Assembly (NCBI GenBank): GCA_964035545.1 | Contig: OZ037767.1 | Span: 321,680 to 385,679, forward strand | Length of the DNA stretch: 64,000 nt | Direction of reading: 5' to 3' | DNA from: Bugula neritina | Lineage: Eukaryota; Animalia; Bryozoa | In this document: positions 60,342 to 64,000 of the stretch, piece after piece | Numbering within the stretch: the stretch's first letter is position 1 | Layout: the number at the start of each line of letters is the position of its first letter | Made by a program: the position numbers and the translations under genes | Notes under the pieces: model-generated | What the model saw: the letters and a program-made list of their open reading frames with translations, nothing else | Told to the model about the DNA's origin: nothing | The model's database searches: none

Positions 60342-62321
60342 ATGGGGAAACCTGGTGGAAAGTAAGTATCATTTTGTCTTTTTATACCATGTTTTCATTT
60401 TGTACCCTAGGCTAAAATTTCAACTTTTAATTTTTACAATAATTAAATTTATTAAAATTAAATATAATTATTCAGATTCTAAGACTAATACTAATAGTAA
60501 TACTAATAGTAATTCTAGCGGTAACACTAACAGTAACACTGACTCACACTGTAACACTAACAGTAAACTAACTTAAACCTGTACTTGTAGTTCTACTTCT
60601 ATGTGTACTACTTCAACTTCTGTTTCACAAAGTTCAAGAGAAAGTGACAAGTTCAAGACAATCACAATGAGTGAATGTCAATGTGAAAGTAAAAGTGAAT
60701 GACAATCACATTCTGATCCAGTTTCACTTTTGACTATCACTATGACTATGAGTATTGAATTTAGATTTACTTTTAGTGATTTATTTACTATCGGCCATCA
60801 CCATCGAAATCAAAATAAAGTTAAAATCAAATATTATAATTTAATTATGATTAAAATTAATAAATTTAATATTAATATTGTTACCTAGTTTTATTCTAGA
60901 TTATTCAATTTCATATTGTAGTAATATTATAATTAATGATATAGTTATAAATACTTATAATAATTATCATTATAATAATTGTTTTTAGTAAATGTAATTC
61001 ACTAATAGTAATAGATATTTATATAATTTATTATTTTTTTATCATAATTAGCGTAGTAATAGTATTAATTATACTCTGATAATCATCATATTTATTATGA
61101 GTTATTAATATTATTATCTAAGAATAATAATTTTAAAATTTAATCTTACGATTTATTAATTTTAAATTGAAATAGAAATAAAATAAACATAAATTGAAAT
61201 ATTATTAGCTGGACTAGGAATTGGTTATACTTATATTGTTTTTAAAAATTGACATGTTGATGTTTGATTTGATGTTTTTATTCCATTTTTAATTGGGCTT
61301 TTTCGCTTTAATGACTTCAATTTGACATTCAATATCAATATTAATATGCTCATGCTGCACTACAGATTAAAATTGAAAATGAATGTATAAAGTTTAAATT
61401 TCATCATTATTCCAGGCATTTGGCCTTTAAAAGTTTTAATTGACTCCAAGTAACTATAATAGTCTATCGTAGCTTAACACAGCTGGGGGGGGAGGTTGGT
61501 GTATAAGTAGTAATACGTGCTGCTTTATTTCCTGTGAGGTAGTTCCAGCTCCGATATTGATCTGTAAAGGAGTTAGACTTTTGGGTTGGGGCACTTGTGG
61601 TCCTCCGCAGCCTATTATTATAGGTTGAGCACTCACTAACGCTTCTTTATTCATCAAACCTGACTTTGGTGCATGCACTCTCTTTGCTTATGCACATTCT
61701 ACTATACGTATACATATTATGCCCCTTTTATCATGTTATTTTACAATTATCACACAGGGCATTTAATATCTACTTACAGTTACAGTAGCACCAAATTAAA
61801 TACTGATGTATTCCATCTGCTAAGGTGTGTTGTGTTGTTATCACAGTAACAGTGATCTGAGAGCTTTCTCTCTCTTTATGCATGTTAATACTGTTGTCTG
61901 GTCTATTAGAGTTATCATGGTGATGTTGGAGAGTTTAGCTGGCACGGGGCACAAGTATGTCAGATTGAGACCGAAACTGGCTGATAAACTGGAGAGGGTT
62001 ATGTTTGATCCAATAGGTAAGAGATATAAACATGTACACTCTTGATTAAATAGTGTACATGTTTATAAAATTTGTGAAGAGACGGCAACATTCAATTGGT
62101 TTCTTGTTTCAACCAACTATATTGATACTATATTGATACTGTATTGATACTGTATTGATACTATATCGATACTATATTGATACTATATCGATACTATATT
62201 GATACTATATTGATACTATATCGATACTATATCGATACTATATTTATGTTGTGTGTCTCTTGCAGTTCAGTCACGAGTCTTGTACAGAGAGTTGAAGAAA
62301 ATACGAACTCTAAGGAAGTAG
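60342..62321 (+). CDS. MRPL33: Mitochondrial ribosomal protein L33 (bL33m), 3 exons, 60 aa
   Basis: Exons 60342-60361, 61910-62016, 62266-62321 give MGKPGGKVIMVMLESLAGTGHKYVRLRPKLADKLERVMFDPIVQSRVLYRELKKIRTLRK*. The S-x-AGTG, FDP and LY-x-E pattern matches bL33. Confidence 0.9.
62117..62245. repeat. 11-bp tandem repeat (ACTATATYGAT), MRPL33 intron 2
   Basis: ~11 copies. Confidence 0.85.
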
Positions 62322-62334
62322 ACTCTCTCTTCAC

Positions 62335-62483
62335 TGTTGCTTAGTAACCAAGCAGTTGCTTAGTTGCCAAGCAGTTGCTTAGTAACCAAGCAGTTGCTTA
62401 GTTGCCAAGCAGTTGCTTAGTTGCCATGCAGTTGCTTAGTTACCAAGCAGTTGCTTAGTAACCAAGCAGTTGCTTAGTTACCA
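62335..62483. repeat. 19-bp tandem repeat (AGCAGTTGCTTAGTWRCCA), MRPL33 3' UTR
   Basis: ~7 copies starting ~14 nt after the stop codon. Confidence 0.85.
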
Positions 62484-63668
62484 ATCCAGTTGAGATCATA
62501 GCTGTGGTGGTAATAAACCTGGCTGCTAGTTTCTTTGGTAGTTTTGTACATAGATTAAATACTACACTGTTGTACATCTACTGTATTTGAATCCGTTTCA
62601 TATCTTTAATACTAGTAATTTGTGTACAGCAGCTCAGTGAATATATATTGAATTAGAATTTAGAGTAGCTATCTAAATATGCCACTTAATGTTTAATAAT
62701 TTGTATGAAGGACCACCGCAGTGTTGGAGTTTAGTTGTAAAAATAAACAACCATCACATACTTGTACTTTCAACTAATTAAATGTGCATTATTAGAAGTT
62801 GTCTTCTTCCCTTCATAGTGAACATATTATAACACAAAAAGAGTGATTTATGTCCGTGTAAAAATGCCCTTATTCATCAGTTTATTTATATATAATTACA
62901 ACAAACATGCTGTTTAATGCAGAATAATGTGACCGTCACGTCACGTCAAATGCTCTAACAAATTGACTCAAACGCTCTTCACTGGAAAATTTCAGAAATT
63001 TATTTTTGGGTGTTTTGGCAGGTAACTGAAATTTATCTCTTCATTGCACGTTCAGGTATTGGCAGTTTTAAACTGCGTTGAATTAAACAACTAAAAGTTA
63101 AAATTGTTCATAAATTACAAGATTGTTTAAATATTTTATAATCACTCATTCTGCTTGCCCACAATGTTATATAACTCTGTGGTACTCAATATCCTACTAA
63201 TTCCCAGTGCAAATAAAATCCATGATTCAGCTTGAATGAGAAGGAAATTTAATCTATGACATAAGTTGGCAAAAGGAAATGATAACGGGCCTCCACTTTG
63301 TGTACATAGTTACTATGGTGACAAAGCCTTAGCAGCTCACCTCCGTTTTATCATAGCTGACTGCAAACAAATGAACAGCTTTGAAAAAAGTCTCAATTGA
63401 TTTTATTCATTTGAATGACTGGCTAGATGTGAAATCAATCAATTAAAACTGAAGTTAAAAACTGGTGGCTCTTTTGTAAAACATGAATAGCAAATAACAA
63501 CTACACAATGAACTATAATGAGATTAAACAAGTAAGTTATGTAGTTTAGCCTTAGGTGTGAGAGAGAGATACAAGGGTGCTGTACTCACCTCACCTTTGT
63601 GCTTGGAGCACCAGTTATCAGAGTTTTAGTGCGTGCTGTAGTGAATAAATCTCGGTACTGCTTTCACC

Positions 63669-63761
63669 TCAAAGATAAGGACAAGACTTGAGCAAATGCT
63701 GCCAGTAGATAAGCCATTGCTTGGCAGCGAGAGGTTGATCACTACTCACTCTTAGCATATC
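63669..63761 (-). CDS. Possible last coding exon of a gene entering from beyond the window
   Basis: Acceptor ttacag| is followed by the open frame DMLRVSSDQPLAAKQWLIYWQHLLKSCPYL*, with a downstream donor-like site near 63590. No family recognised. Confidence 0.3.
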   Translation of the reverse strand, partial: DMLRVSSDQPLAAKQWLIYWQHLLKSCPYL

Positions 63762-64000
63762 CTGTAACAGGTGAGTTTATATTATATCCTATTGCACTAC
63801 ATTATATACTAAATATTATGTTAAAACTACACTATCATTCATGTTATTATATATACAAGAATTATGTTGCGCGATATACATTATGGTTAAATGTTTATAC
63901 TCTATATTGTATACAATATATTATATACTATGCTGTATGCATCTTTTTATAGTGCATCATGCAGTATTTCTCACTTTAAAATTCTGTTTCACACATTACT

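Overview
AT-rich, intron-rich animal genomic DNA, probably an invertebrate (lophotrochozoan-like by inference); it is not prokaryotic. I reconstructed seven spliced genes by hand with frame-consistent exon chains: TSNAX/TRAX (+), a single-pass LRR membrane protein (-), CRIPT (-), DDX28 (+), a group II PAK kinase (-), TMED10 (-, with a GC-AG intron) and MRPL33 (+). There is also a partial orphan multi-exon gene (-), a tRNA-Lys(UUU), and a complete U3 snoRNA nested in DDX28 intron 7. Most long ORFs in the supplied track are artefacts of tandem repeats. Main unusual signals: (1) most introns carry their own private minisatellite, and in several the unit is antisense to, or a duplicate of, the adjacent 5' splice junction; (2) a 151-nt gapless hairpin with strand-biased G-U pairs lies between divergent CRIPT and DDX28; (3) the intronic U3 gene. 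All calls come from reading the sequence; no database searches were run.
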